In this document: piece by piece, positions 36,246 through 50,582 of the stretch
Layout of the letters: each line of letters opens with the position of its first letter
How positions within the stretch are numbered: the stretch's first letter is position 1
Source of the DNA: Octopus sinensis
Taxonomy: Eukaryota
Length of the DNA: 64,000 bases
Direction: 5' to 3'
Assembly (NCBI RefSeq): GCF_006345805.1
Contig: NC_043005.1
Location: 100,750,001 to 100,814,000 of the forward strand
Position numbers and translations under genes: made by a program
The notes under the pieces: model-generated
Databases searched by the model: none
The model's input: the letters and a program-made list of their open reading frames with translations, nothing else
Told to the model about the DNA's origin: nothing

Positions 36246-37369
36246 AAGAGGATGAGATACAAAGATAGTGAGTGCAAGAGATGAAATTGTATACAGAGTA
36301 TAATAAATGTGACATCTGTATGAAGAGACACATCAATATTTTGTTAAAAAATAATGAAAGCTATGTTTTCTTCATTTCCATCATGTTTTTTATTGTTATT
36401 TCTTGTTATTTGTTTAGTGTTTCCTCTTCATTTGACAAGACTGTGGCGTGTGGCATAGATCGGTGTAATTAGTGATAATATTGCTGTAATGCTAGCTTAA
36501 AGTTTGGCACCGACACAACTTCCCTAAACACTTGGCTCACATAGAACATAGAACACTGTGACAAAAGAAAGATTTGGGATTGTGTGAAAATGTTAAAACT
36601 AGATATTTGGCTGGAAGGCCACTACATTTAGCCATTGTTACAATCATATCGCTCTCACTTTTATATTCCTGCCACCATTTATGAAGACAGATCACTGGAA
36701 AGTGACAAAGAAAAGTCAATCATATATAAAATATGATGTTACTGAAGAAATTTCCTCTTTCCTCTATGACAACCACTTGGCCTTTGGATGTCTTTCATAG
36801 AACGGACTCTTACCAAGAAAAGCTGAAGCAAGAAAATATTATATTTTCATGTGTTGCTTCTGACAGTAGGAATCCATAATTGGAGCTCTTTCACCCACCT
36901 GACTTTGAATTAGTACTGGTGACATAGGTGTAGACCATTTCTTTTAGATGTGAACTCTTCCTGACTAAGCCATAAAAAAAAGAATTAAAATATTTACATT
37001 TTATCACGGCCACATGAAACATACTGACCAGACTTTCACATAACTGCAACAAATAAGGTTGTTAGTTATAATTTAGTTTGCAAAAAAGTTAGCACACCAT
37101 CATAAACAAACGACAAAACAGTAATAACTCATAATTAATAAGTAAGCTGCAACCGCTTCCTTCCACTGCCCCAGACTCTCTATCCTGCATACACATGAGG
37201 CCAAATGTGGAAATTCCTGCACTGGCTTCAAGCAAACAAAGTCACCAGTGCTAACGGTGTCCTTTCTCTTACAGTAAAGAGTTCTGCCCCAGGATTTACT
37301 TTTATATTTGTCAAACTGTTTTGTCTTGCATTCTCATTGGGAATATATTCTGATCAGGGTGTCGCATTC

Positions 37370-38030
37370 CAAAGAAGGGCAACTCCTCTGTGCCATTGCT
37401 CTCATCTCTAACCTTTCAAAAGTAATGGAGATAGCCATTAACAATGATGTCCTCTGTTGCCTTAAGTTTCCCTCTCTCTTCTCTCTTCTCCAGTATGAGG
37501 CCCACAGGGCCAGATCTGCCTCATAGCTACTCTCGTATGTCACTCACTAGTGGGCTTTCACTTTAGAGAAGTTTGGTAAAAGTAATACCGTTACGGTAGA
37601 CATTAGCTAAATGTTTTACGGCATATGGCATGCAGATTTCCAATCAAAACTTCCTGCCTATGGGCTCCAGCCATCTCTCCTATCTTGGCTCAGTAGCTTC
37701 ATATCTGATAACACCATCATGGATGTGTTGATAAGTCTGTGTTCAGTTCTCAATCAACTCTAGTGTCTTCCAGGACTCAGTTTCCATCTCCCACTCTTCT
37801 TTCTTTTATACATACCTACATCTTACCACAACCAACATTGCTCATTCTTATGCAGATGACACAAACCCTCATTCCTCCCTAATTGTCGTATCTACACACC
37901 TTGGATGCCACACACCAAACTTGCATTGGCTCCATAAACAGATCTTGAGGGCCTCTTCAGTGGGACCAGGTCAACCATGTCTCTTTTAACAGCAAAAGAA
38001 ACTCAAACTTTGTTCATATCAAGGAAACAC
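37370..38030 (+). mobile_element. CR1/Jockey-like LINE RT remnant
   Basis: IALISNLSKVME, KLPAYGLQPSLLSWLSSF, SYADDT near 37850. Confidence 0.7.
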
Positions 38031-38451
38031 ATCTAGAGAAGAGCTACCCAGAGCCAACTGGAATTTAGCCACCAACAGTCCCATTTCAACCTCTAACCCT
38101 TAGGTGTGCTTTCTTTTCTCTCTGTTCTTCCTATCACTCCTATAATGATCCCTGTTCCTCAGAGCTGATTGGCACTCCCAATACATTTTTTAATATGTTT
38201 CTCTCGGTGCACCCAAATCTTCTCAACATTGCACTAACCTTTACGCTCAGTTATTTCTCTCCAGAACATAACCCCTCTGGAATAATCACATTGCTCACAT
38301 CTTTCCTGCTGGTATTGCACCAACAACACTTCAAATGAAACATTAACAACAGATTTTGAGGGCCTCTAAAAGTCATGGGTGATGCCCCTTGCTCCACATT
38401 AAACAAGTAAAAAAATAATAGTCTAGTTACAACTTATATGTTCTTTTATTC

Positions 38452-38622
38452 TTTTTCTTTTACTTGTTTCAGTCAAAGAAATCAATCCCAGGACTCATTC
38501 GTTGTAAGCCTAGTACTTATTTTATTGGTCCCTTTTGTTGAACCACTAAGTTATGGAGACATAAACACACCAGCATCGGTTGTCAAGTGATGGCAGGGGG
38601 ACAAACAGAGACACACACATAA

Positions 38623-38681
<59 letters not shown>

Positions 38682-38835
38682 ATATACAATGGGCTTCTTT
38701 CAGTTTCCATCTACCAAATCCACTCACAAAGTTTCGGTCAGCTTGAGGCTATAGTAGAAGACACTTGCCATACGGTGGAACTGAACCTGGAATCATGTGG
38801 TTTGGAAGCAAGCTTCGTACCAAACAGCCATGCCT
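38452..38835 (-). mobile_element. SINE family A
   Basis: Collinear with the family. Confidence 0.85.
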
Positions 38836-39195
38836 ATATATAAACAGTTAAGAAGCCAATAATATCTTATGCATTAGAAGGTACCTGGTCAGTCATATCT
38901 CATTAACAAATGTTAAATCATTAGTACCTTAGACAGAAACAGGCAAGCCAAGAGTAATGCCTGAAATATTCAAGAGGTCAGTAGCCTTATATACTAACAG
39001 CTAAGAGGACACTAACAATCAAAACTGTAGCAAGAGGAAAGTCAGTAACATCTAATTAGCAGGTGTGAAGTCAGTAACACTTAAACAGGTGATACATCAA
39101 TAGCCCCTAATTAACAGGTGTGAAGCTAGTAACACTTTAAACATTAAAAGGTGAGAGGTTAGTGCTGTCTTATTAGTAGGTATGAAATCAGTAAC

Positions 39196-39230
<35 letters not shown>

Positions 39231-39252
39231 GGTACAGGTGAGACTATGGATA

Positions 39253-39612
39253 GGCACAGACGTGACTGTGTGTTAAGAAGCTTATTTGCCAGCCACATGG
39301 TCTCGGGTTCAGTCCCACTGCATGACACCTTGGGTAAGTGTATTCTGTTATAGCTTCAGACTGACCAAAACCTTGTGAGTGGATTTGGTAGACGGAAACT
39401 GAAGGAAGCCTGCCACATATATATGTATGTGTGCGTCTTTGTATCTGTCACCCACCACTGTTTGACAACCAGTGCTGGTGTGTTTACATCCCCATAACAT
39501 AGAAGTTTGGCAAAAAAAAAAAATAAGTACTGGGGTCGATAAGTTCAACTAAAATTCTTCAGGGTGGTGTCCCAGCATGGCCACAGTCTAATAATTGAAA
39601 CAAGTAAAAGAT
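39253..39612 (+). mobile_element. SINE family A
   Basis: Collinear with the family. Confidence 0.85.
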
Positions 39613-39991
39613 AATATATATGTATGTGTGTGTGTATATATATAAATACATATATATATTTATGTGTGTGTGTATGTGTATATATATATATGTATGTATA
39701 TATATATATTATATATATATATATATAATCTATGTAAATATATATATATATATATATGTGTATATATATATCAAAATAAGTAACAGGATTTCAAGTAGTA
39801 ATGCAGTACAACCACTTCAAGTGGCTCCATTTAATTGAGCAATGCAATCATTACATCAAAGTACAGCGCTATCTTCAGGTGCACAAATATGGATTTTCAA
39901 CAGACAAGATATATTAATATAATTTTTCTTAATGACTTGTGCTTGAACTTAAGTACCTAATTCAACTGAATCTTAATTACTTTTGTATGGG

Positions 39992-40042
<51 letters not shown>

Positions 40043-40132
40043 CAAAAATGGGACAAGAACGCAAAACATCCAGACAGTTAGGTAAAACAAAAAAAGGAAA
40101 TCAAAATAAAAATATATATACATACATACATA

Positions 40133-40345
40133 TTACTTGTTTCAGTCAATTGACTGTGGCCATGCTCAAGCACCACCTTTAGTTGAGCAAATTGGCCCCA
40201 GGACTAATTCTTTGTAAGCCAAGTACTTATTCTATTGTCCTCTTTTGCTGAATTGCTAAGTTACGGGGACGTAAACACACCAGCATCGGTTGTGAAGTAA
40301 TGCTGGGGGGACAAATACAGACACTCAAACAAGGACACACACACA
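40133..40345 (-). mobile_element. SINE family A, 3' half
   Basis: Tail and body match. Confidence 0.8.
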
Positions 40346-40902
40346 CAGACACACACACATATATATATTAGAAGGTTTGGAAATGATGTACAGGTATTAT
40401 ATATTAGAAGAAATAAGGTACTCAGAAATCTGGATGGCTTTATATTTATAGATATCTATTAATATGTCACATGTTTTTATAAATCATATACTAGTGCTTG
40501 CATCCACTCTAGTGGATTCTTCAGATTGAATTTTTTCAGGAGATTTGTTTCTTTTTATTGTATCATTGAGTGCATAGGGGTGGAGAGAGATATAGGATAG
40601 TAATAAAGGGTGAGAAATGGGGAGAAAGTGAGAGAGAGAGTGTGTGTGTGTGCATGTATTTTGTATCTGAAAGGGTGTCAATGAAAAAGAGAAGGAAAGG
40701 AAAAGGGAAGAGAGAAAGAAGAAAAAATGTGTTTACTTCTATACAGCTGGTCAGTTCTTTCAATAGAAAGTGGTTCTTGGCTTTTAGAAATGGCAAAACC
40801 GGGTGCCTACTCCAAGGGGTGTAAATGTTATTCTTCAAAAAATAACACGGTAATAACCATGATATAATATATTGCCACTTTGGTATGATATATAGTATAT
40901 TA

Positions 40903-41040
40903 TTTCTTTATTGCCCACAGGGGGCTAAACATAGAGGGGACAAACAAGGACAGACAAAGGGATTAAGTCGATTACATCGATCCCGAAAGGATGAAAGGCA
41001 AAGTCAACCTTGATGAAATTTGAACTCAGAACCTAATGGC
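40903..41040 (-). mobile_element. SINE family B, partial
   Basis: Tail TTCTTTATTGCCCACAGGGGGCTAAAC... Confidence 0.8.
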
Positions 41041-41064
41041 AGAATGATATATAGTATATTGTAA

Positions 41065-41225
41065 TAACTATGACATCATTAATTTGCTGTCATATTGTTT
41101 ATTTTTGTGATATCACATCTGTCATATGATGCCATATGATGTCATATCTATCACATGATGTCATATGGTTTATATATGTGATGTCACATCTATCATATGG
41201 TTTTATATCTGTGATGTCATATACT
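41065..41225. repeat. Degenerate TGATGTCATA-type short tandem repeat
   Basis: Seen directly; similar motif at about 48580-48700. Confidence 0.65.
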
Positions 41226-41718
41226 TCCAACAGACTTCTTTTCTCTATTATGATCATATCTAGTCTCCATGTTTTAGTACAAGAAAAATACTTAATCACA
41301 CTACAGGTAATTTCCAGCATATCACAAGAATATTTTATATACAAATATCTAATTAAACTGCCAAATACCTCTTTCCCATCCTCTTGTCTCCAACGTATTC
41401 CTAAAACGATATCTTGCTATAGTTCATATGCTAAATTATTGAAAGCTTTCGCTACTTTACCACAGACAGCATTATAAAGCTGGCTCCTGTTAATCCTTAT
41501 GCTAACAAGCTTTCTTCACTGTCTTATCTTCCAGCTATAGAAAGTTCCTTCTTTAATCCTTCATCTCTCAGCGAAATCCAATGTACTCTTGTATATCTTC
41601 TGATTGCTTGACAAACAATCTAACACATTTTGCTTTCCAGCTTTTCAATCCTCGCTTTTTCTATTTGTCTCTAATCTATTTCCACTTCTACATATTCACC
41701 ATTCATCTAACCCACACT

Positions 41719-41754
<36 letters not shown>

Positions 41755-42162
41755 TACCTAACATTCGTCTCCATTCGTATAATTGACAAAGATATCCCTG
41801 TTTCTTGCATATTCATAATTGTGTTAATATTTACCATCTAAAATTGTGTGAATAAATCTTTGGTGTAGACTAAACAATGAATCTGTAGGATTCCTTTTCG
41901 ATGGCTTCTGTGTATGCTAACACATGTATCTGTGTTTGAGAGAAAGAACACACACTCACTATTGATTTGTGCTACCGTTTGTTATTATTCTTAGTATTTT
42001 CTTCTGTCTTTGTATTTTTTCCTGGAGAGAAAGAGAAGTGGGGTGTACAAATGCTATTTGAAAGTATCAGCATTCACCCTTTCTGATTTGAATAAAAAAC
42101 CAGCTATTTAATACCTCACTCTCACAATTTCAGTTAATGCTAATGTTCTCATTGTTAGAGGA

Positions 42163-42385
42163 GGCAATAAGGTGGCAAGCTGGCAGAACTGTTAGCACAC
42201 TGGGCAAAATGCTTAGCAGTATTTCGTCTGCCACTACATTCTGAGTTCAAATTCCATCAGGGTTGACTTTGCTTTTTATCCTTTCAGGCTTGATGAAATA
42301 AGTACCAGTTGAGTAATGGGGACGATATAATTGACTGTTCTCTTCCCCCAAAATTTCAGGCCTTGTGTTTCTAGTAGAGAGGATT
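42163..42385 (+). mobile_element. SINE family B
   Basis: GGTGGCAAGCTGGCAGAA...TTCTGAGTTCAAATTCC. Confidence 0.8.
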
Positions 42386-42604
42386 ATTAGAGGAGGCTGT
42401 AGCTGTATTCCTGACACGACAAATTACTTTCTCTCCTTCAAAGGTTACTTGGGTTGGAATTGTTTCAGTTCAAATGTAAGGAATCAGAGCTGGTAGATGA
42501 AACAAGGGACTGTTTTTATGAAGCCCTGTTTCAAAAACAGATGACAACTTCATTAGCACAGCTGGCACAGAAATGGTTAACAGGGGGAAACTGGCAGTTT
42601 TTAA

Positions 42605-42823
42605 CCCTTTAGCATTCGGGTTACTTTGTCAAATGTAATACTTATTTATTCACATTGTTTGAATTAATCATGCATGATTTTGTAGATTCAAGATTTCAAT
42701 GGAGTGTTTGTCTACTTTTAGAATGACATTGTAGGGTAGGTGTGAGAGGTTGGATCACATCAATTTTAACATAAACCAGGTATAATATTTGGGCTGGATA
42801 TGGCTAGATTCAATGCTAAAGGG
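42605..42823. mobile_element. piggyBac-type MITE, family P2
   Basis: TTAA flanks; perfect 12-bp TIRs CCCTTTAGCATT / AATGCTAAAGGG; 219 bp. Confidence 0.85.
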
Positions 42824-43112
42824 TTAAGGGGAAAATCTGCCAATGGCTTGCAACAACCACTGAACCCATGGCCACAGCATAATCCAAACTAAAGGTAAGG
42901 TGACATGGTTGTAGAACAATATCATAGACAATCTCATAATGGTAAAGAGAGATGCTTAGAAGAGAGAGAGAGAGGGCAACAGAGAAAAATATTAGCCAAA
43001 AAAAAGGAAGCTATGTAGTAAGGAAAGAGGCAGAAAAGAAGTTTTTACATGTTCCCGGTTTCAGTGGCGTAGAAATTCCCCAACAAGGAGAGAAATAAGG
43101 TGAGAACAAAAA

Positions 43113-43278
43113 TGTGTGTGTGTGTGTGTGTGTGTGAGTGACAGGCTTCTTTCAGTTTCTGTCAACCAAATCCAATCACAAGGCTTTGTTCAGCCCAACG
43201 CTGTAGCAGAATACACTCGCTTAAGATGCCATGAAGTTGGACTGAACTCAGAACCATGTGATTGGGAAGCAAGCTTCT
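43113..43278 (-). mobile_element. SINE family A, 5' half
   Basis: Head region matches. Confidence 0.75.
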
Positions 43279-43699
43279 TACCACACAGCCACACCTGCAA
43301 CTTTGAAATTAGAAATATTTGTCACAGTTTATTTTCTCCCTTTTTATTCTACTGAATCATTTTGATGCATAAGAAATAAGCCAATACTCACATATGGAGA
43401 CGGTTTCTCAGCGTCAGGCATTCCCAACGAACAAATGTTGTTGGTGTGAACTCATTAAAATATGTTTGCAAGAAAATCAGTTTTGTTGTGGATCTTCAAC
43501 AATGGTATTAGGTAATTCCAATGTATTTATGTATTTGGGGGGGGGTTTGTATGACAGCAGCAAATATAATGAAACTGATATATTTCTAAAAGAATGGGAA
43601 TCAGAAGAACTAGTAAAGACTGAAGCAAATCATAAATACTATTTTATTAAAAGAAACCTGATCAAAAGATTTAGATATATCCCTAAAAGTGTGTGTCTG

Positions 43700-43705
43700 T
43701 ATGTA

Positions 43706-43757
<52 letters not shown>

Positions 43758-44255
43758 ATATACATATATATACATAATATATATATATATATATATATAC
43801 ATATATATACATACATATATATACATATATATATATATATATACATACATATATATATATATATATATAACATACATATATATACATACATATATATACA
43901 TATATATACATTATACATACATATATATATACATATATATATATATACATATATATATATACATATATAATACATATATATATATATTATACATACATAT
44001 ATATATACATACTATATATACATATATATAATACATACATATATATAACATACATATATTACATACATATATATACATACATATACATACATATATATAC
44101 ATATATATATACATATATATATATATAACATACATATATATATATATATAATATATATATACATATATATACATACATATATATACATATATTATATAAC
44201 ATATATATATATACATACATATATATACATATATATAATACATACATATATATAC

Positions 44256-44303
<48 letters not shown>

Positions 44304-44949
44304 TATATATATAATATATATATACATATATAACATATATATAATATATACATATATATATATATATAATACATATATATATATACATATATATATATAT
44401 ACATACTATATATATACATACATATATATATATACATACATACATACATATATATATACATACATATATATATACATACATATATATATCATACATATAT
44501 ATACATACATATATATACATTATATATACATACATATACATACATATATATACATATATATATACATATATATATATATAACATACATATATATATATAT
44601 ATAATATATATATACATATATATACATACATATATATACATATATTATATAACATATATATATATACATACATATATATACATATATATAATACATACAT
44701 ATATATACATATATATATATATACATATATATATGTATATATATACATAATATACATATATATATATATATATATACATATATATACATATATAATATAT
44801 ATACATATATATACATATATATATACATATATATATATACATACATATATATATATACATACATATATATATACATACATATATATATACATACATACAT
44901 ACATATATATATACATACATATATATATACATACATATATATATACTAC

Positions 44950-44985
<36 letters not shown>

Positions 44986-45030
44986 TATACATACATAATA
45001 TATATAATATATATATATATATATATAATT
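43700..45030. repeat. 1.3-kb compound (TA)n/(TACA)n microsatellite with an internal ~210-bp duplication
   Basis: Seen directly; about 44068-44277 repeats at about 44521-44730. Confidence 0.95.
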
Positions 45031-45784
45031 ATAGACACACACATATACAAGGTACATTTACAGATACGCAAAAATAGATACAGGCACATATCGATACTAA
45101 TGTTCAGGCACACACACACACGCACACACACACACACGCATGCACACACAGATGCACTCACATACTCCTGCAAACCTATCCACAAATATTCTGTAAAATG
45201 AGAATAATTAGGATCTTAAAAATAAACAGTATCAGCAGGTGTCATAGAATTTAGGGTGTATCAAAGAGTTAAGCTGTAATTATCCAGTTTTTATGCTGGT
45301 TCAGGACAATGGAGATATTTCTGCAACAGCATTCTTATTTTAGCCTCAATACAACATCTAAAAGTAGATGCAGTGAAAGACTGCTTTTATAGGTTAGCGC
45401 AATTAACTAAAAGGAATCTTAAAGCCAGTCATTGACGAAGCAATCATTTCCTGCAAACACAACTTCCCTTTGATGCCAACACACAAAGGACTGAATCTGT
45501 GGAAATATTTCCAAAGACAGACAAGTCAAGCGTTTTCACATGCACACATTGCCTCCCTTTCTTTCTCACCATAATCAATACTCCCTCACACTACCAGATC
45601 TACCTACACACAGCTCTTATACCAAACAAGCTGAGCAGATTATTCTGTTAAATGCAAACAGAAACACACTTTTGCTTTTATGAATAACTGGATTGAGAAT
45701 GATTTATGTAACAACATCAAAAGATTAATATGAGCAACATGTATGTGTGTGTGTGTGTGTACATACATATACATCTATATACAT

Positions 45785-45884
<100 letters not shown>

Positions 45885-46734
45885 ACAGATAGATAGAAAG
45901 AGAGAGAGAGAGAGAAGCCAAGAGGGTTTGAGAGAAAAGTAGATGGATAAAAAGGTGTCTTATGTAGGAAAATTGAAATTTAGTTTCACTTTCTGAATGG
46001 TCTTTTTTCTCAAATGCTTTCAAAAGAGTGAAACTTGAAATGCTGTTGTGGCTATACCATTCCAGAGAAAGAAAATGAAACTTGGAGTAGTTATAGTGAT
46101 TCTATGCTTCCACAAAACAAATATTTCAAATGAAACATGCCAAGTAATGGCCATCAATTATAAACTAGACACACTTAGAATTTAAATGTTTTCATGTCCA
46201 TTTCTTTTATGAAATACACAACCTACATGTTTTGCTTAATTTTGAAAATATATTTGGATTACTATTTCATTATCAATTGAGTATTTGTCACTTTACTTGA
46301 ATAAGTTCTTACATGGAATTAAGATCTATCTCAAAGGTTTTAGTTAAAATATACTTTAAAAGGTGGGGATGGTCTCAACTGGATTGGTATGAAAAAGATC
46401 AAATATCTGGAAGTTTGTTTATGGGAAACTTAAGGAAGATAATATAGAAACCAAACCTAGATGAAAAAGATGCAGAGACAAAGAATAATAACTGACCAAA
46501 TGGTAGGGTGATAAAAATAGGACAGAGCTAAACAGTCTGTGTTTAAATAGTAAGGAAAGAAAAATATATAGCTTTAGAAATCAAAGAACACATGAATAGC
46601 CTGAGACAGGGAAAAAAACTGATTCAATGTTTAGGATTGTATCACTGACAGGTCCAACATATAAACTGACCAATGTGTCCCTGTGAGTTAAACCTTATTG
46701 ACCAGCTGAGATTCTACTTTAATTGTAGCTTTAA

Positions 46735-46955
46735 CCCTTTCGATACCAACCCGGCTGAAACCAGCTCTGGCTCTGTATTACAAATGTCTTGCTTTCATAA
46801 GTTTTGAATTAAAATCTTCCACCAAACCTTTGTCACAATTTACGTTCCTAACACCAGCTTAACGATAACCAAGTTATTTTACTAAATTCTTTGTTATATT
46901 TAAAGTAATTGAAAGAAACAGAGAACATCTCAAAATAAATATGGTAACAAAAGGG
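46735..46955. mobile_element. piggyBac-type MITE, family P1
   Basis: TTAA flanks, CCCTTT/AAAGGG ends, 221 bp, collinear with 1519-1739. Confidence 0.85.
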
Positions 46956-46986
46956 TTAATATTCTAAGATCCAACATCAACATGTA

Positions 46987-47637
46987 CCCTTTGGCATTCG
47001 GATTTCTCTGTCAAATATGATGCTTATTTATTCACATTGTTTTGAATTAATTGTGTATTATCTGATAGCTTTGAAATTCTGATGATGCGATTACTCTTTA
47101 CTCTCTTTTACTCTTTTACTTGTTTCAGTCATTTGACTGCGGCCATGCTGGAGCACCGTCTTTTAGTCGTGCAAATTGACCCCAATACTTATTCTTTGTA
47201 AGCCCAGTACTTATTCTATCGGTCTCTTTTGCCGAACCGCTAAGTTACGGGAACGTAAACACACCAGCATCGGTTGTCAAGCAATGTTGGTGGTGGAGGT
47301 GACAAACACAGACACACAAACACACATACATATATATATATATATACATATATACGACAGGCTTCTTTCAGTTTCCGTCTACCAAATCCACTCGCAAGGC
47401 ATTGGTCGGCTCGGGGCTATAGCAGAAGACACTTGCCCAAGATGCCACGCAGTGGGACTGAACCCGGAACCATGTGGTTGGTTAGCAAGCTACTTACCAC
47501 ACAGCCACTCCTGCGCCTATGTTTATTTTTAGAATGACATCGAAGGATCGGTGTGAGAGGCTGGATTTAAACAGTTTGAATATAAAACAGATAGAATGTT
47601 TGGGCCTGATATGGATGATTGAAATGTTGAAGTATTA
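46987..47637. mobile_element. Older P2 MITE split by a SINE A
   Basis: 46987-47095 and 47519-47637 together align to 42605-42823. Confidence 0.7.
47096..47518 (-). mobile_element. SINE family A, full length
   Basis: CpG-rich and close to the family consensus. Confidence 0.9.
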
Positions 47638-47879
47638 AGGCCTGTATAAAATTGATTGGAGCAAATTTAGCAGTTATATTGAGCAAATCAACTAACAATA
47701 TCGATCAAGTCATTTGACCATTAAGGAAGATTTCCATTGGATTGTTAACTGAAAGTTTAAATCCACATGAGTCAATATGAATTTACCATCAACACAGCAA
47801 AATTGAATTAGACTCCGAGATAAAAGTTCTATGAATCAAAAGGAAAATTCAAGTAAGAATATTATGTTAGAAGATTCTC

Positions 47880-48255
47880 TTTTTTTTACTCTTTTACTTG
47901 TTTCAGTCATTTGACTGTGGCCATGCTGGAGCACCACCTTTAGTTGAGCAAATCGACCCCAGAACTTATTCTTTCAAAGCCTAGTACTTATTCTATTGGT
48001 CTCTTTGGCCGAACCGCTAAGTTACAGGGATGCAAACACACCAGCATCGGTTGTCAAGCAATGTTGGAGGGACAAACAGACACACAAACATATACACACA
48101 CATACATACATAAATATATATACATACATATATACGATGGGCTTCTTTCAGTTTCCGTCTACCAAATCCACTCACAAGGCTCTGGTTGGCCCGAGGCTAT
48201 AGTAGAAGACACTTGCCCAAAGTGCCATGCAGTGGGACTGAACCCAGAACCATGT
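47880..48255 (-). mobile_element. SINE family A
   Basis: Collinear with the family. Confidence 0.9.
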
Positions 48256-48445
48256 GCGTGGTAGCACCTGAGGAAAGAGTGAGAGGAAGTTGTGGTGAAA
48301 GAGTCAGCAGAAGTTCACTATTACCTTCTGCCGGAGCCATGTGAAGCTTAGGTGTTTCACTCATAAACACACACATCGCCCTGTCTGAGATTCGAACGTG
48401 TGATCCCTTGACCACGAATCCGCTGCTCTAACCACTAGGCCATTG
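48256..48445 (-). mobile_element. SINE family C
   Basis: Head TGGCCTAGTGGTTAGAGCAGCGGATTCG...GTTCGAATC. Confidence 0.8.
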
Positions 48446-49514
48446 TTGGGAAAAAAAAGTAAAATCTTCAGGGAAAAAAAATCAGTCAAAATGTGGGGGT
48501 AGTGGTGGGGGTGGGGGCAGATTTAAGCAAAGGAAAGGTAGAAATGAAGCAAATGTAAAACGACATCAAATTTAAATATCGTGACATCATAGCTAAGTTA
48601 TTATATTGAGATCATAGAGGAATACAGAGACACCATAGTTAAATATCATAAAGATAACAGTTAAATATCATAGTGACATCATAGTCAAATGTAATGACAT
48701 TATAAATGTTCTATCAAATACAGGAAGGTCATAAATAGATAGGAAACGAAAGGCATACTAACTGGTTTATAAAACTTCTGAAGAACACAATATTATGTTG
48801 GTAATAATAAAAGTTAGACCATCTGTAGTAGTTTAACCAGATAATTACCTATCACAGTTAAATATTCACTAAATTAATTACACCACATTTAAACTATTTA
48901 TCTGCTACATCAATTTTCCCTTTCCCTAATATATCTGGCGAACACACATGATGACATGAAACTGGAAAATCATTTAATTTAGTAAAACATTAAAACCAAA
49001 CTGATAAATTAAACCAGTCTAATGATTGCACAATCATCAAGATCACCTCATTACCATCACCACTACCATCAACTGCTCCTACCACTGCCACCAACACCTT
49101 CACCATTGCATTTCTGTCAAGACTGGTTCATCTGGGTCCACCAAAATGAAACTATTTTAAATGAAACAGGTTAATATTGTTATGAGGTTTTCTCTTCCAG
49201 AGTATGAATAATTAATTGAGAGAAATGATTTAATCTTCTGTGTAATAGTTAAATCCTGGCATACGTATTAGCACACACATCATTTAGCCACAGAGATTAA
49301 ACATTACTAACTTCTGATGGAATCTTTAAACTTTATGTCTGACATGAAAAAAGAAATATGGTAAAGAAGAAAGAAGAAATGTAATTCCATGTTTGCACAT
49401 TGAGATAACAGCAAGAATTCAGGATTATAAGAGGAGGAGGAGACATATAAATCTCAAAATGCAGTAACAACAACAACAATTAATGTTAATATTAATTCTA
49501 TTTTTTTGTTTGTT

Positions 49515-49735
49515 TTTTGGTGGTGAGCTGGCAGAATTGTTCGTGCACTGGGCAAAATGCTTAGCGGCATTTGTTTTGCATTTACGTTCTGAGTTCAAGT
49601 TCCACCGAGGTCGACTTTGCTTTTCATTCTTTCGGGGTCGATAAACTAAATACCAGTTGAGTACTGGGATTAATGTAATCAACTATACCCCTTTCCCAAA
49701 TTTCAGGCCTTGTGCCTTCAGTAGAAAGGATTATT
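49515..49735 (+). mobile_element. SINE family B (older fragments follow at 49750-50100)
   Basis: Collinear with the family. Confidence 0.85.
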
Positions 49736-50582
49736 ATTTCTAATTTTAACCCAAGGCCAGCAATTTTGAGGAGATTGCTAATCAGTTATATTGACTCAAG
49801 TGCTTAAATGGTACTTATTGCATTGACCCTGAAAGGATGAAAGGTAAAGTCAATCACAGCAGCATTTGAACTCAGAACATTTGGTCCATTGCCTTAATAG
49901 TAATAATAACTGTTCCTAATTTAGGCACCGGGCCAGCAGTTAAGAGAGCAAGGTACTAATTGAGACCATTGACTCAAGTTCTTGATTGGTACTTTGTTTT
50001 GTTGACCTTGGAGTGATGAAAGCAAAGTTAGCCTAGGCAGGTTTTGAACTCACACCATAATGAACCAGAACAGATGCTGCAAAGCACATTTTTCTGACAC
50101 TTTAATGAATCTGCCAGTTTGTCACATGATGATAACAATGATGATGATGATGATGATGATGGTGTCAGAAAGATAAAGTAAATAATATATGCAGCAATCA
50201 TAGTCATAAAAGAAACTGGATACTCCCTCAGATCTACTAGTAGAGGGATATAAAACCCAAGCGAAGAACACGCAGAAGAGGTTAGAAAGCAGAAGGAAAA
50301 AGATCATTTTCTCCTTAATGAAATCAATAATGTAAAGGAAGACACAAGTGAAAAACAAAAGACAACTACAGTTAAAAAAAAAAGATTCAAAAATAAAACA
50401 AAAAGATCCTGGAATATGAGCTCTTTGAACAAAACAAACAGTTTGATTCAAATCCAAACTGATTTTGTCAAGAACTAGATACAAGTGGGATAGAATTAAA
50501 TGCAGTATTAACACCAAAGGAAGTAGAAGAATTTAGAGAAAGAGTATGGGCAGCAAAAGAATCGGCAGAATGTTTTAAGCAA

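Noticed and set aside
44059-45057. 332-aa ORF, the longest in the window, and similar Y/I/C/M-rich ORFs
   Set aside because: Translation of (TA)n/(TACA)n microsatellite.
50122-50517. 131-aa hydrophobic ORF and a charged plus-strand frame
   Set aside because: No usable splice sites, in-frame stops immediately upstream, and low-complexity composition.
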